Positions 1 through 15,376 of a DNA stretch of 54,870 nucleotides are shown here, piece by piece. The notes below the pieces were generated by a model. That model did not search any database. It worked only from the letters and a program-made list of their open reading frames with translations, and was not told where the DNA came from. How positions within the stretch are numbered: the stretch's first letter is position 1; the number at the start of each line of letters is the position of its first letter. The stretch lies in NCBI GenBank assembly GCA_000165425.1, contig CT867989.1, positions 248,001-302,870 of the forward strand, read 5' to 3'. Position numbers and translations under genes: made by a program. The DNA comes from Paramecium tetraurelia. Taxonomy: Eukaryota.

Positions 1-715
1 TAATCATATTGACTACGTTATTGGGAGCTTGTATGAGTCTCTGAACATCTACTTAAATCAAATTAGTAATTTCTCCTATAGACCTTTCAGTGTTGCTTAA
101 CAATGAAATCTTGAGACATTTACTCATGATTTCTAAACTAATGACTGACATTATATCATATCCATAAACTTTCTTGATTAAATTTGTATTATTTTTACCA
201 TCATGAATCTTGAGTGGGACATCGACAATAAATTGAGTATTCTTATTAGCATTACTAGGAAGATAAGTAATAAAGCTTAATGATAATCTTTATCTGATTC
301 ATAAATGTATTCAATTATGTATTTTGTTAATAACGGCATAGCCAATTGACTAAAAAGTACCACCAATTAAATTAGAAATCCTTTCAAAAAATACTCTAGT
401 TCATTAGCAAATAACATACATAAATAATATTTCAATATCAAATCAACTAAATTTTACTTTTTTTTTAGTTTTAAATGTTAAGAAAACTTGAGATGCCTAA
501 AATATGATTATTGCGAAGATTCCAACTCATTAATTAGACTTTCATCCAATCCTTGTCTATAAGCTTTCTAAACATTTAAATTAAATACTTACATTCATTA
601 TGGGATATACATAAACGAAGAATAATTTTTTAAACCAAGAAGGCTTTCTTAAGACTATTCCTTCTTCAAACATTATAGTTTATTAATTCTCCCAGATTAT
701 AGAGGCAGAATCCAT
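1..715 (-). CDS. ABCC/MRP-type ABC transporter, N-terminal part (runs off window)
   Basis: Code-6 translation MDSASIIWE...KPSWFKKLFFVYVYPIM...PLLTKYIIEYI...SIGEITNLIQVDVQRL matches the ABCC lasso/TMD1 region; three ~25-nt GT-AG introns. Confidence 0.85.
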
Positions 716-1450
716 TATTAATTAATTTAATTTCTATTTTTACCTATTACAATATTCAAAATAACAATTATTTTTTTGTAACCTTTTTGTTTCCATTATT
801 TCAATTGCCATTAGCATTCAGTTAAAACCTTATCTAGAAGTGTTTTTTATTCTTTAAGTTTTCATTATAATCATTATAGCTATCTATATACATAACTTAA
901 AAAAACAAAACATAAAATAGGTTTATAAATTTATATATTTATTATAATTTAATAAATTTCTCAAGTGCACTTTGCATCCTAATAAAACGAAATAGTGTTT
1001 AATTACATTACTCTGTGAAATCTTAGCTTACACCTCTAAGTTTTCTAATTTTGGATTATTGAACTTGTTAGCTCTCTATAAATCTCAAATGATAGGAACA
1101 TTAACACATTACATTGACTAACGAGTGATTTAATCTAATAATTCATTAAAATAATTGTAGTATTTAGAAATGTTGAAATGAATGTGTAATTTTATTTTAC
1201 AAATCACCCTTTATTATCCTACAACAATTCTTAAAAATAAACTAATAGTACAAGATTCTACCCAAAAGATGGGAATCTTTTATAAAAATGAAGAAAGCAG
1301 AGATATACTTCAAATAATTATAATAAGCCTCTCATATGTTTTCTAAAATATTATATATTAAGATACTGTTATTTAGATTTTTGCTACTATTTATCAATAT
1401 GAACATATTTTCTTACATATTTGTTTATATAAAATACATATATTAATTTT

Positions 1451-3034
1451 TCATAAAGAGAGTTTCCATATTTTAATAGATTAAGTAGATGTAGCAATAA
1501 CATACTAATTTTCCTTTAATATTAATTCAGATCCAGGAGCACCATTATTCTCATTTGAAAATGTTAAAACCGGTTTTGTTTCCTTGATATCCCAGATTTT
1601 CAGAGTGTAATCATTACAAATTGACCCGAAATATTCTTAATTCTAAGCAATAGAAATGCTCCAGATCCAATTTTTACTATGACCTATGAATTCTCGAAGC
1701 AATTCATAATTATTGCCATTCCACAATTTTATCAACCCATCATAACCACTAGATATCATCAACTACCCATTCTGCAAATAATTAATAGATGATCCTCCAT
1801 ATTCACATTAATGTCCCTTCCATTAATGGAGTATATTTGCTGATTGCTAATCATAAACAATAATGAACTCATCCCTTCCTATGGTTGCAACTCTATTAGA
1901 TTTGATAGATATTGCACAACCATAGACATTTTGAGTATGTCCTTTGTAAACTTATTATGGCAATTTCTTATCAATATTCCATTAGATTGCTGTTTTGTCT
2001 GCACTGCTTGACAACAGAAACAGGGAATCTTCACTGAATGTGAGTCTATAAATGTAATTAGTGTGACCTCTGAATATAATTGGAGGTGCATTCCAATTGT
2101 TGCAAATCCATCCATATATTTCAAAGGGTTTTGATCCTCCAGCCACTAAATATTAATCATCTGGAGAAAACTTAACACTATAAACTTATTAGGTAGATAT
2201 CAATAATTCCTACTGGCAATTAGCTGATTTGAAATCAACAACTAAAACATATTTATCACTGCCTCCTATTGCTAATAAATCTAACTTATTTGAGATATCA
2301 ACAGATGATATTTTTTATAATTATTTTTTATAGAATTATTCTATAGGTTGAGTCTTACAAATATCTTATTTCTGTAAATTTTCATATGAATTCAAGATTT
2401 CTAGGTATTTGCTATTTTGTTATTTGAAATATTCTTTGAATTTTTAAATTTACGCATTGTGCAACTCAACACCATATTGCTCAAATAGATTTATATCTTC
2501 AGCGAATAATATTGTTTATTTCAACAAATTATCTGAATATTATTAGAAAGACTTAAAATTGTTTGTGTAGATCTCCTATTTCCAGAAGTATTTACCAAAA
2601 AACTAATCTATATTACCAATCACCAAATCTCTAACTGAATTGTATTCTTCTAAATTTAGTTTTTCATTCTTTACATATGTTTCAACTAAAAGTTCTAATA
2701 GTGACTCTTCTCTCTGCATCTTACAAATATCCTTAAGTTCTTGCATTATTTATAACAGCTTTTTTTGAAGAAACTCAATTGATAATTTAATCCTTTTGTG
2801 ACTAGTTTTGTAAATATTGTTATTAAATTCTTTCTCTTGTTCATATGCTTTTAATACTAGTTCATCCAATTTTTGCACTTCTATACAAGCGTGTTACAAA
2901 TGATTCCCATATTTACAAACTTCACACATTCCTTTCTCTTTTTATGTACAACCTGGCTCAATGCAAATGTACTACACATGTTGATGATCGTGATCAATTT
3001 GAGTGCATTCGATTGAATGTCTTAACTATTTCAT
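1451..3034 (-). CDS. WD40-repeat protein with N-terminal Cys/His-rich (zinc-binding-like) segment and coiled coil
   Basis: MKQLRHSIECTQIDHDHQHVQYICIEPGC...CEVCKYGNH; C-terminal repeats such as RGHTNYIYRLTFSEDSLFLLSSSADKTAIQWN; ends KIWKLSL-TGA. Confidence 0.85.
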
Positions 3035-3053
3035 AGTATATATTTTAATTAAA

Positions 3054-3320
3054 ATGACTGAAATCAATTTTTTGAAAAGGAAATTTGAAAGTCTGCGGAT
3101 AGTTGATGATGAAGCCCCAAAAACTACTAAAAAACCCTTTATTCAAGATGCAGATCTCTATCTATTGGGTAAAAAGATTTAATCCATTCATTTGGTTTAG
3201 CCTTTGTAATCAATGATCAAGAAACCTGATATCTACTAAACTTGTTTTCTAAAGAAGGAAAACTACAATCCTTTTTTATATATAGATCGACCTATCACAA
3301 AGGAAGAGGATGAGTTGTGA
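3054..3320 (+). CDS. Small hypothetical protein (88 aa)
   Basis: Uninterrupted code-6 ORF MTEINFLKRKFESLRIVDDEAPK...ITKEEDEL-TGA with coding-like composition. Confidence 0.65.
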
Positions 3321-3661
3321 TATATATATGATTATAAATTATATGTATGCTTTATTAGGACAGCTAATTTGATGACACCCATTTTATACTAATAACATCA
3401 TTTTTGAAGTTTGCTAATTAGGTTTAATGCAGAGAATGTGCGACCAATTATCGTAGATCTGAGAAGCAATTAAACATATATATATCTAGGATTTCTTCAT
3501 ATATATAAGTAAATTAATAAAGGGTTTTTGAATTTAAGTGCACTTAAAATGGGAGAATAGTTCTGATCCCGCCCAAAATATTAATAATACTGGATTGAGT
3601 TTCATATTTATGTTGGAATACATTTTGATGTAATTTTAATAATTATTATAATATAAAAATA

Positions 3662-4143
3662 ATGGAGCAATTTGAACAGCAAAAGGAGAGTTAGAATACT
3701 GGAAGAGACGGCAGAGCGATAAATAAGAGAATAAAGAAATAGAAGACAAAGAAGTAGCAGCCTAGTGAGTAGCCAGTTGAGGATTGCAGCATTTGTTATG
3801 GTTAGATCGTAGACAAAGTAAATTTGACACTAATTAATGACAGGGTATCATTTAGGGATGTTAGCATACGTATTGTTTTAAGTGCATTGAGATCTGGGCC
3901 TAACAGAATCTAACTTGTCCATAATGTAGAGTCCAATTTAGTCAGATTTTGAGGGTGTGGAAATAAGGTAAGGGGAAACGATAAAAAATGTATGATTTTC
4001 ATGCAAATGAGGTGAATTCGGATGAGGATGAACTGATTTCTCTGGATTTTTTGTATTAGCCAATAAGATTAATGCCATACTTTACAAGGATTTGGAGCCT
4101 TCCCTTTGTAAATTTGATATTGATAAGTTCGGATTCAGAATGA
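3662..4143 (+). CDS. RING-finger (C3HC4) protein, putative E3 ligase
   Basis: CSICYGQIVDK/GIIQGCQHTYCFKCIEIWAQQNLTCPQCR after removing one short intron. Confidence 0.88.
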
Positions 4144-4211
4144 ATAAAAATTTACATAAATGTAATTTTTACTAATTGAATATTCTAATAGTGAATGGTT
4201 AATTCATTATT

Positions 4212-7200
4212 ATGATTATTTTTTTATTTTTTCTTTAAACATATTAATTAAGATTCAATATAACTACTCCTGAGGGGAATCCATCTGAATTTATAACCCT
4301 TTAGACCTATTAGACGGTGAAATTGAAGGTGGAGTTGGGAAATTATTAATTGAATTCGGAAAAGATATTGCTTTATATAACTGATTAGATTTCACATGAG
4401 ATAACTTAGTCATGCACTCTAAAACTCATGAATAGATAGGCAAACGAATTGAAAATATACGTCAATGCCACAAATACTGAAGAAGATTCAATATTGACAT
4501 CGATAACAATAGTATTTTTAATTTTAATTTCATAGTCAGCAATAATAATATCTCCAGCAAGAGGCATATTAACATAGCCCAATCTCTTTCCCATAATATT
4601 GAGTTAGAAGCTGATTGAATCCTACATGATGCCATTCAATTTGCCGACTAATAAAATATACAACTTGGATGTGTTGAATGAGGATTTGGAGATGCCTCCC
4701 CAGAATTAGACTCCATTTGGATAGGAGTTCTGGTAAGAATATCAAGAGAAGGACATATCTATAATAGCATTGACCTGGATTCCATTCATGGGCAATTGTA
4801 GAGATCAAGGCTATTACTTATATTTGTATAACCTATTGGAAAATGCAACCTTCTGTGATTTGGTAGCCGAGGAAGATACCAAGGTAGTTTCCATGGTGCC
4901 AACAAACGGATTCAACGCAAAAGGGGATTCCTGCAATATCAATTTGGAGTGTTACTTCTTAGAGAATTTGATGGTTGAGTATGAAGGGAACAAATGGTGG
5001 CAATCTGAATAAGACTCCCTATTCTACTTAAGTAAATACGCTTTGAATTACAAAATCTTGGCTGAAAATTCAGACGATTCCCAAACCAACTATTTCTACA
5101 ATATAATACAAGCCTAAGACGAATCCTTAATATCTGTCCAGTTCATCACAGCTGGTGTTATCAAAAATAGTTATCCGACTGAATTTACCTTTCAGATTCT
5201 CTATAACCAAATATCTCAAACAGAAAAGTAGATTGTTTCAGCAATAATAACAGCATCTAATTATCAAAAAGTAACATCAATTATAAACAAATATACATTG
5301 AATATTGTCTATCGGCCTATGGATTATTTGGAATTAATAAACTCATTTTAATTTGATATCACTTTGTATTTGGTCTTATATCTAGTAATCGGAATTTTGA
5401 TTAATTTTGGTATATTTGTGATTTGGGTAATCAATAAGTCAATTTCAATAATCCCAGATCCACCCAAATTGAGAATCTATTAAACATTTATTGTTGCTTT
5501 CCTACCTCCAATTACTGGAGTCATTAGAGCAACCATCCCTATTGTTGTGTATGTGCTAATATTGGATAACCTGTTTGCTCATGATTTGTTCTCCGGAATC
5601 ACATATAATTATGATGGATTACCAACTAATTTTGATAATTCATAACAATATCAATATGGGAGAGTTGGACTTATGTTGGTTGTGTCTGGAATCATTATAA
5701 TGAAGATAGCATGTAAATTATGTATTCCAAAACCTATCGATGAAGATTGGGGAATTATCAGATCCAATTTTGAGAAGAAAAACGAAGAGAAATATTTTGA
5801 TTTTAGTATCAGCGAAGAGGAATCTAAGGAAAGTCCTATGAAATAAGATGAAATCAGAGAAGCTCAGGTTACCTCCAAAAATGTTGACAATAATCTTCAA
5901 TCCAACAGTATTAGTAGACAAGGCTCCTTGTTTTCTAAATAATAGCCTGTCATTCCAGGATCTGCTCCTCCCATTACCAAAGAGAAAGAACCAACCATGC
6001 CAAAGAATTCACTCTTCAAAAAAGCCACCATTCTCAAACAAAGCAGTTCTATCAAAGATAATTAGTCATTGAAGGATTCCATAAGTCCAGTCCAACTCTT
6101 ACAAAGATAGTAATCATTTATGTTATCATACCCATAGAAATTCCTCATCTGGAAATCCCCTTGATAAAAAGTAATCCATCTTCAATTAAGCCCAATAGAG
6201 TCAACAACCTTAAATCAATCAAAATTAACAAGCAGAGGAAGAGGATATCATAGATATATTAAAGGATAGCTTAATAAGTAAAGATTATCATTATTAATTA
6301 ATTTGTATTATGATAGCTGCAATTTTATTATTCTTTTTGGGATTTTCATATGAACAATTATTCTATAAGAATATCTATTACTTTTTGATTGTCCTGCAAT
6401 TTATTGAATCCTTTGTGTATTGGCTTCTCAGTGAATATCTATTAGAAGAATAAACACTCATCCAACCGTTGATGGCCTGTTTGGAAGTGGTCCAATTCAT
6501 CATGTTTATGGCTGCTGAATCTTTCTAGGAATTTGTTATCTCCTTCGTAATCAGACTCTCCCTAATCATTGTGTTCAGAACCTACATCAATCCGATCATA
6601 AGGAATTTCAAACATTTTAAAAAGAAGCTGATGAACTTCATGAATAAATGGCAACCTTTCTTTAGTTTGGAATAAGAATAAGAGAAACAACCAGAAGACA
6701 ATATCTCATTTTATTTAGGATAACACACTGATTCCAAATTCACAGAAGACCAATCAGTTGAATACGTTATCCAAATGACTCTGGGTTTCAGTAGTAAGGT
6801 TCATGCAATCTTCATCAAACCTATTGTTTTGGTATTCATCAAATTATTTGAGAAAGAGTCTTAGATTACTAATAATTACTACATTGGTTTCAGAGAGTTT
6901 AATTATTATATCTACTTTGCGTTTTTTGTCATCATCCCTTAAATCTTTATAGACATCTATGTTTTGAATAGTTTAGAGATGATCTATGGATTTAAGTTAT
7001 TCGATTACTTTGATTATTGTAAATATCGAAATGATTTCAGAATCCAAAAGTTCTTTGAACACTCCCTAACTTATGATCGTAGTATTGATGCCTAGTATCG
7101 ATCTATTGATAATATGAAATTCACAGATCAGTTCTATTATAACGGCAGTCTCGTCATATATAGCATACTCCTTTGCATTCTCGGAACCACTATTATGATC

Positions 7201-8181
7201 AGAAACAACTATGTTCTGTATTAAGACCCAGCCATTTTCCTAATCATCCTCTTTATCTATATCTTTATTACCTTGCTCTAAAACATGATGTTGTACATCT
7301 GGAATAAAATAGATGTCTGGAAGATTAAAGATACAAAGTAAAAGTTAAATTTGGATTCCCTCGAAGAATTCTTAAATCCTGCAAAGGAAAATATTGAATA
7401 AATAATAGAGGTTGATGCTTTCAAAAAGCATTTCATTAAATTAAACAAAGATTGGCTAGTCTCTAATATGGAATTGTTTATAAATGTAGATCAATTCACA
7501 TAGCATGATGAATTTCTATTGTAGACATACTAATTATTATTGAATGATGAGAGGAAAGCTTAAAAAGAAATTATTAGGAATGAGCAAATGATTAAGAAAC
7601 AAAAGGAATTAGAATTGAAATCCAAGAAAAAGAGGAGGAAGACATCACAATCATAATCCATGATTAAATCTCAAAGAGATATTGAAGAAATAGATGGATA
7701 TTAACATACGATTAGAATCAAAAGATCTTAGGCTGAAAATTTAAGAAAGATTGTATCGATTTGGTATTACAAGGCAAAACAGACACTCTTCTTAAAATAC
7801 TTGGTGTCAGATGTTTTAGCCCAAAATCAGGCTGAACATTGTAAAAGGTGTGGTTTAGACATCGAATTAAGAGTAGTTGAATTGATACCATTTGAAAAAA
7901 TGTCAAATCAATTTAAATACAGAATTATGGGAACTCCCTTTAATAAATTTGAATGGATTAAATACTATGAAACCCATTAAAAGTTTGTTACTCTATGTAT
8001 TGATTGTGAGAATGCTTATAAAAGTAGATTTCTATAAAGATAAAATTAAAGTGCAAACGATGTGGCCAAATTGGCATCATAGAACTTTGTAGCTAAAGCA
8101 TTTGTATTTAAATGGCTTTATGCTGCTAGAGCTAGAATGCTACACAAAAAGTCATTAACAGTAGAAAAATTAACCTATTGA
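4212..8181 (+). CDS. Large (~1,300 aa) multipass membrane protein of unknown function
   Basis: Signal-like N-terminus; Cys-containing ectodomain (LTWIPFMGNC...CDLV...GDSCNINLEC); two blocks of hydrophobic helices separated by a polar loop; 28-nt intron at ~6110. Confidence 0.8.
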
Positions 8182-8218
8182 TTTATATTAACAATTTTAG
8201 TCAGAAAAATAGATTATT

Positions 8219-10104
<1,886 letters not shown>

Positions 10105-10136
10105 TTAATAATTAAATATATTTTAGTAATTATAAG

Positions 10137-11366
10137 TCACTATTTCCTACTTCCGATTCGAGAGTTTATCATTTCATTCAGAATCTCTAATTTCTAAGTC
10201 ATCATCCTATTGAATTGTTCATTCTCCCCTTTCACACTCCCTCTGCTCAACGGTTCCTTTATCTGAGATGGGGTCTCCACCTTTTTTAATTGGTTCCGAA
10301 ACTAACTCAATGGAGTTGATTACTCTTCTTCAACCGTGGCTTCAATTAAAGGTTCAGCTGATAAATACTTCTTATTCTTTGGGGAAGGAGATTTCACCTA
10401 CGCCTTATCCAAATTGTGAATAATTGAATAGAGGGTTCTCCCTACTTGTCTACTGATCTCATATTGGAAATTATCATATTGGAATTGAATATTATCATCA
10501 ATATGCTATGATTATTGAATTTGTTCGTATTCATTTGAAATTGATTTCTTGGCTTCGGCCAAATTTTATTTGTTCAAAATACAATCCCTGAACTTTTGAA
10601 TGCTTTCATTGAAAATGAGTTGCATCTCTTCACAAATTGAATTGATCATGGTTTGAATGGAGTAACACTCTTCATTTAAATTCGGAATAGATTCAGACTT
10701 CTCTCTTCTGTAAGAGTTGTTGGAGAACTTCGTCTAAGTCGATTTCATTGAGTTGACATTCTATTATTGTTTTGGTTTGAATTTATCTGGCTACTTCACT
10801 CTCACTTCCTCTATTTGCAATGTCTGTATCATAAATTATAGAGTATCATAGTCCTTGCAAACATCGAATACTGTATCTTGATTCTATAAAGATGTGTTAT
10901 AATACAATTATACTTTATTTAACAGTTAGATGTTCGCCTTAGCATTCAATAATAAAGCCACAGTCTCTAAATTTCCTCTCTACGCTGCAATCATCAAAGG
11001 AGAGAATCCTTTCTTGTATACTCAAATTAAATACTTTGTCCTGCTAGTTTACATCAGCCCCATGGTTCAACAGAAAATCTGCAGTCCTACGATAATTGTA
11101 AAATGAGCAAATCCATAATGGCGATTGATTTAACTACATCAACCTATATATCTTACTCTATTTGTCTTATTGATATCAGCACCTTAGACAATCAATCTCT
11201 CGATCATAGCCCCATCATTTTTACGACAAGCTATTGTCAAACAAGTTTGTCCTGACTTTGCATTCTCCACATCTATTAAATTAGGATGTTGCTGGAGTAT
11301 TTCAATAACTTTATTAACATTCCCTTATTCAACCTTCAGAAATAAGACTTGCGCAGTGCTATTCAT
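10137..11366 (-). CDS. Ankyrin-repeat protein
   Basis: MNSTAQVLFLKVEQGNVNKVIEIL...SGQTCLTIACRKND...GADINK, followed by further ankyrin repeats (SPLWICSF, SPLMIAA). Confidence 0.88.
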
Positions 11367-11394
11367 TAATATTTTATTGATATTATATATAAAT

Positions 11395-12502
11395 TCAATC
11401 AGTAATAACAGATTCCCCTTTATGAATCCATCTAACTCTCTTCCCTTGTTCCCAAATTCCTTGTTTCTCCACATTCGATTCCCCTATGTAAACTCCTATT
11501 CCATGTTGTTTCCCATTCTACCATTATCCACGATAAATCTAATAATAAACGTAAATTGTACTCTCCCATCAGGCCATTTGAATTCTCCATAGCCATCCTT
11601 TTTGTCATTTTTATACTCTCCTTTGTATCTTCTGCCATCTAACCATGTGAAAATCTATTACTCAAATATATTCATATACTCCTTGGCCATCCATTTTATT
11701 ATTCTTCCATGCCCCTATGTACTTTCTCCCATCAAACCAGGTGTACTCTCCATAGCCTTGAATCAGATTGCTATCGAAATCCCCTATATACTTAGAGCCA
11801 TCCTTCCATTGAAACTCCCCATGACCATGCTTCTTGCCCATAGAATATTGTCCTTTAAAAATGGAGTTATCTGGCCAAGTTTCAATGCCATCTCCATGTT
11901 ATTTGTCATCAACCCATTAACCTACGTATTTTGCACCATCCGCATGTATATAGGTTCCCCTATTATCCATAATAATTTACATATCCATTAGCTTTATCAT
12001 TCTGCCACTCTCCAACATAAACATCTCCACCACAGTGGATTAATCTGCCTATGCCTTAGGCAGAGTTCTTTTGCCATTAACCTTCGTATATTGATCCATC
12101 TATCCATATTTAAGTACCTTAACCATGTTTCAATCCATTTTTGTATTGGCCATAATAGACTGTTTAATCATTGTATTCATATGGTCCTAATTTAGGTAAA
12201 TCTGGCTCTAAGATTTCTGGAAATGGTCCTTATTCCTCATGTACTTTTTTTGTTTTTTCATTAAGATAATTGGGCATTCTGGATAGTTTGGCAACCATGG
12301 TCAAAGGGGCGTGTTCATTAGTACAATGGTATTGATTTTTCATAGATTTCATGTCCTTTCTAACCTTGATTCCTCTGAAATAAGATTGAATTTTGATTGC
12401 AGCCCTTTCAACTTATAGGGAGTTGTTCTACAAGTCTGTAACTAAAATGATTTGCGGGTTCTGTCGATCTAGCATTTAATTCCCATTACAACAATTTCCC
12501 AT
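11395..12502 (-). CDS. IQ-motif and MORN-repeat protein with N-terminal MGNCC acylation motif
   Basis: Starts MGNCCNG; IQ motif [16 protein letters not shown]; tandem YxGxWxxGxxHGxG MORN repeats. Confidence 0.9.
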
Positions 12503-12537
12503 AATATTTTTAATATAATCATAAATAACAGTCAATA

Positions 12538-13643
12538 TCATTATAAAAGTAATGAAAATAAATTTTCAACAAAGTTGTGCTAAACACAGTAATTGGTGAC
12601 TTCCTTAGCGAAACCATCAAACTTGAAGGTTCTTCTCTCCTCCATGATTAACAAAACTGGAGTAACAATTTGCAACATCTCATAACTCATCTATGATAAG
12701 TCAACCTATTCTGTGTTCAGTTCGCCCTTCTACTCCTTGTCGAGCATGTTGAATAGCTTTCTCAAGGAGGCTCTCCAAACCTATTGCACAACACTTTGAT
12801 CAGCACATGGTAAATTCAATACATAAGAATTATTACTACTAGATCAGTTAGACTAATAACAATACTCTGGGGTTTTATTGTAAATATCTTTGTAGGTTTT
12901 GCTTACATTCTTTTCGTTTAAGATTTCATGAGATCTCTAAGTAGTCTTGGGATGATATGTGTATGACTTATTTGATAAGTCTTAAGATTGTTATTTCTAC
13001 GTCCTCAGGTCTTGTAACCTTTTTTCTTTCTTCTACCCATAATCGATCAATCTCTATTCGACACTATTATCTTGTCGTTTCTATTTCTATTAATATTGTA
13101 TCTAGTCTCTTACAACTATCTATTCAGAATTCTTGTTGATTTGGGGAGTGAAGGTCAACTCGTTCTCGTCTCTAGGCTTCAATTGTTTGATTTCCTTCGC
13201 ACTTCTGTCTCTCAATATCTTGCTAACTATCAATAGATTTCCCTATCTTACCGTCTTATGAGAAATCTCTACAATGTGATCTACTGCTTATCAATGGACT
13301 CTTCTTTTAACAACTTTGAGTTGAAATCTAACTATTCTATTTATAAGGAGTTGAATTTGTAGAATTTCTGAAATAATTTGATTTCTGGTCGTTTGTCACC
13401 TTCTATTCATTATTTAAAGTGTGTTATGCTTATTATTTATGTTACGATATGCTATCAATCAACTTCAATAGATAGCGGCCAGGGAGGTCATGTTTTGATA
13501 CAAATGCAATACCCAAATCTCTGGGATCATCACCTTCATAAATGTAAATCTAATCTCTCTCATCTTGTGAGATCTCCACTGTCTATAATCAATCACTCAT
13601 AGTTTACCATGATTGCCAACAAAGTTCCATTATTATTTTGCAT
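12538..13643 (-). CDS. Hypothetical protein with C-terminal EF-hand-like segment
   Basis: MQNNNGTLLAIM/TVEISQDERDQIYIYEGDDPRDL...; C-terminal LFNMLDKEQKGEL; short GT-AG introns. Confidence 0.7.
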
Positions 13644-13704
13644 ATTAATATATTATTGATCTAACTTAGATTTTATATTCATTTCTATAATAATTCAATC
13701 AAGA

Positions 13705-14748
13705 TCAACCGCTACTTTTCACAAACTTCAAAACTATTGGAGTAGTTATCACTCCGATCGCAATTAATCCAATTAAAATAATGCAACACATTTTCTAATT
13801 TATAATACCCATCTCTTACCTTTCTACTCTTCTTATGGATCTCTTGTTCCTTAGCCAATCTTTTCTCCCCTCTTTCAATGTAATTCTTTGCTTTATTCAA
13901 ATTTTGTTCTACTCTCTATCATAAATCAATACCTATGCTCTCTATTTACTCTCCTTATTAGTTCACCAAAAAGGCAATCTCCGATAACATTTGAAAACAA
14001 TACTGAGTACTCTAAAATTCAGCAAATAGAATACCTTCTCTAACTTCTAAATATCTTAATATTTATCTTAAATATCCTGAACTCTGTAGACTAATTGCAA
14101 AGATGGTTAACCTAGAGTCTCCTTCATCACCATCTTCTCTAATCCTTAGGGATCTTGAATAATGTCTGTTTTCTATTTTTCTGTCAAATTAGGTTCTAGT
14201 ATTTCTAACTATTCAATATGAATAGCAATACTTATCTTTTCATCTTCTTTTGAATAGTCTTGTTATAATTAAAGATAGTGTTCTGACCAGATTACAATAT
14301 AGTTGCCACTTCCTGTTGTATTGCCTTCTAATTGTAATTCATAGCTCTAGTTTCTGGTTCATCAGGATCACTTTCTTTAACTAATTTATCTATTTCATCA
14401 AATAACTTTTTTATTTCAGCCGTATTCTTATTAATTTATGATTGCAATTAATCAACTTTCTTCATTGATTCTATATATATAGCTGTTCATAAAGTACAAC
14501 CTTTCTCTTTGCTAGTGGATGCTGCTGTCTAAATAACTTCAGTCAATCTGCTGATTTCTTCATTGCTATTTCTTATCAATTACAATTTCATTCTAATCAA
14601 TGAACTTTTCTTTTAAAAATCAGGCATCATTTCAGCTATCGATTATCTGTTGGAAGGTATCAATTCTATCGTTATGCCATTCTACTGAGCAGTCTAAATT
14701 AGTCGATACAGTTATTACTTCTTTTAACTAATAGTATAGATCATTCAT
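13705..14748 (-). CDS. Syntaxin (Qa-SNARE, syntaxin-1-like), ~297 aa
   Basis: Removing six 23-30 nt introns gives an in-frame product with Habc helices, the SNARE motif IAFLVNQQGEQIESIEQNLNKAKNYIERG and a C-terminal TM KKMCCIILIGLIAIGVITTPIVL. Confidence 0.92.
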
Positions 14749-14889
14749 TATATTAAATAATATATATATATGTTAGATTAGCGTCAAACATTAAGTGATA
14801 TAAATAGGCTCAGAAACACTCCCTACATCTATTATAAGCAATACTAATCTATCGACAATAATCAATAATATGATACAAAATAAGTTAAA

Positions 14890-15352
14890 ATGATCGCCAG
14901 ACCTAATGTAAGGTATTAGATGATGTAATTTCTGAATGTAGATCCTCTCATTTATTAACAGACACGAAAACCTGTCCAAATTGCAATAAGATCAAAAAAA
15001 ATTGAGACAATCAAGTCAACAACGGGAAAGAACCAAAACTCAATCAAATTACAGGGCCTTCAGTCTGAATTAAAAAGCACCTTCTAATTCCAGAAGTCAA
15101 CCTGATTTGACTGATGACAATCAAAGTGTTTTTGTACCATATCGACAAAGAAACATTTCATAAAATAGTATCTCGATTTCATATGATAATTCTGAAAAAA
15201 AAAAGAGCTTTTTACCAACTATGAATAATAAGGATCCAATGTTGCAAACATTTGGCAAATAAGTTATCATCCTCAAACCCAAGAGATTCCCTACTGAGAT
15301 ATTTTAAGGAAACGTGAGCAAGATGAAGAAGCAATTCTAATAAAATTATTGA
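14890..15352 (+). CDS. Hypothetical protein (~144 aa)
   Basis: MIARPNVR/SSHLLTDTKTCPNCNKIK...KKQFQQNY-TGA with one 29-nt intron. Confidence 0.65.
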
Positions 15353-15376
15353 AATATTTATTTATAACTAAATATA

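Noticed and set aside
3346..3620. Small gene between the 88-aa ORF and the RING gene
   Set aside because: A minus-strand TGA-free frame exists but has no motif or clear end; such lengths arise by chance when only TGA stops
11420..12200. Periodic ccat/tcc pattern as a CRISPR-like or satellite array
   Set aside because: Explained by MORN repeat coding on the minus strand
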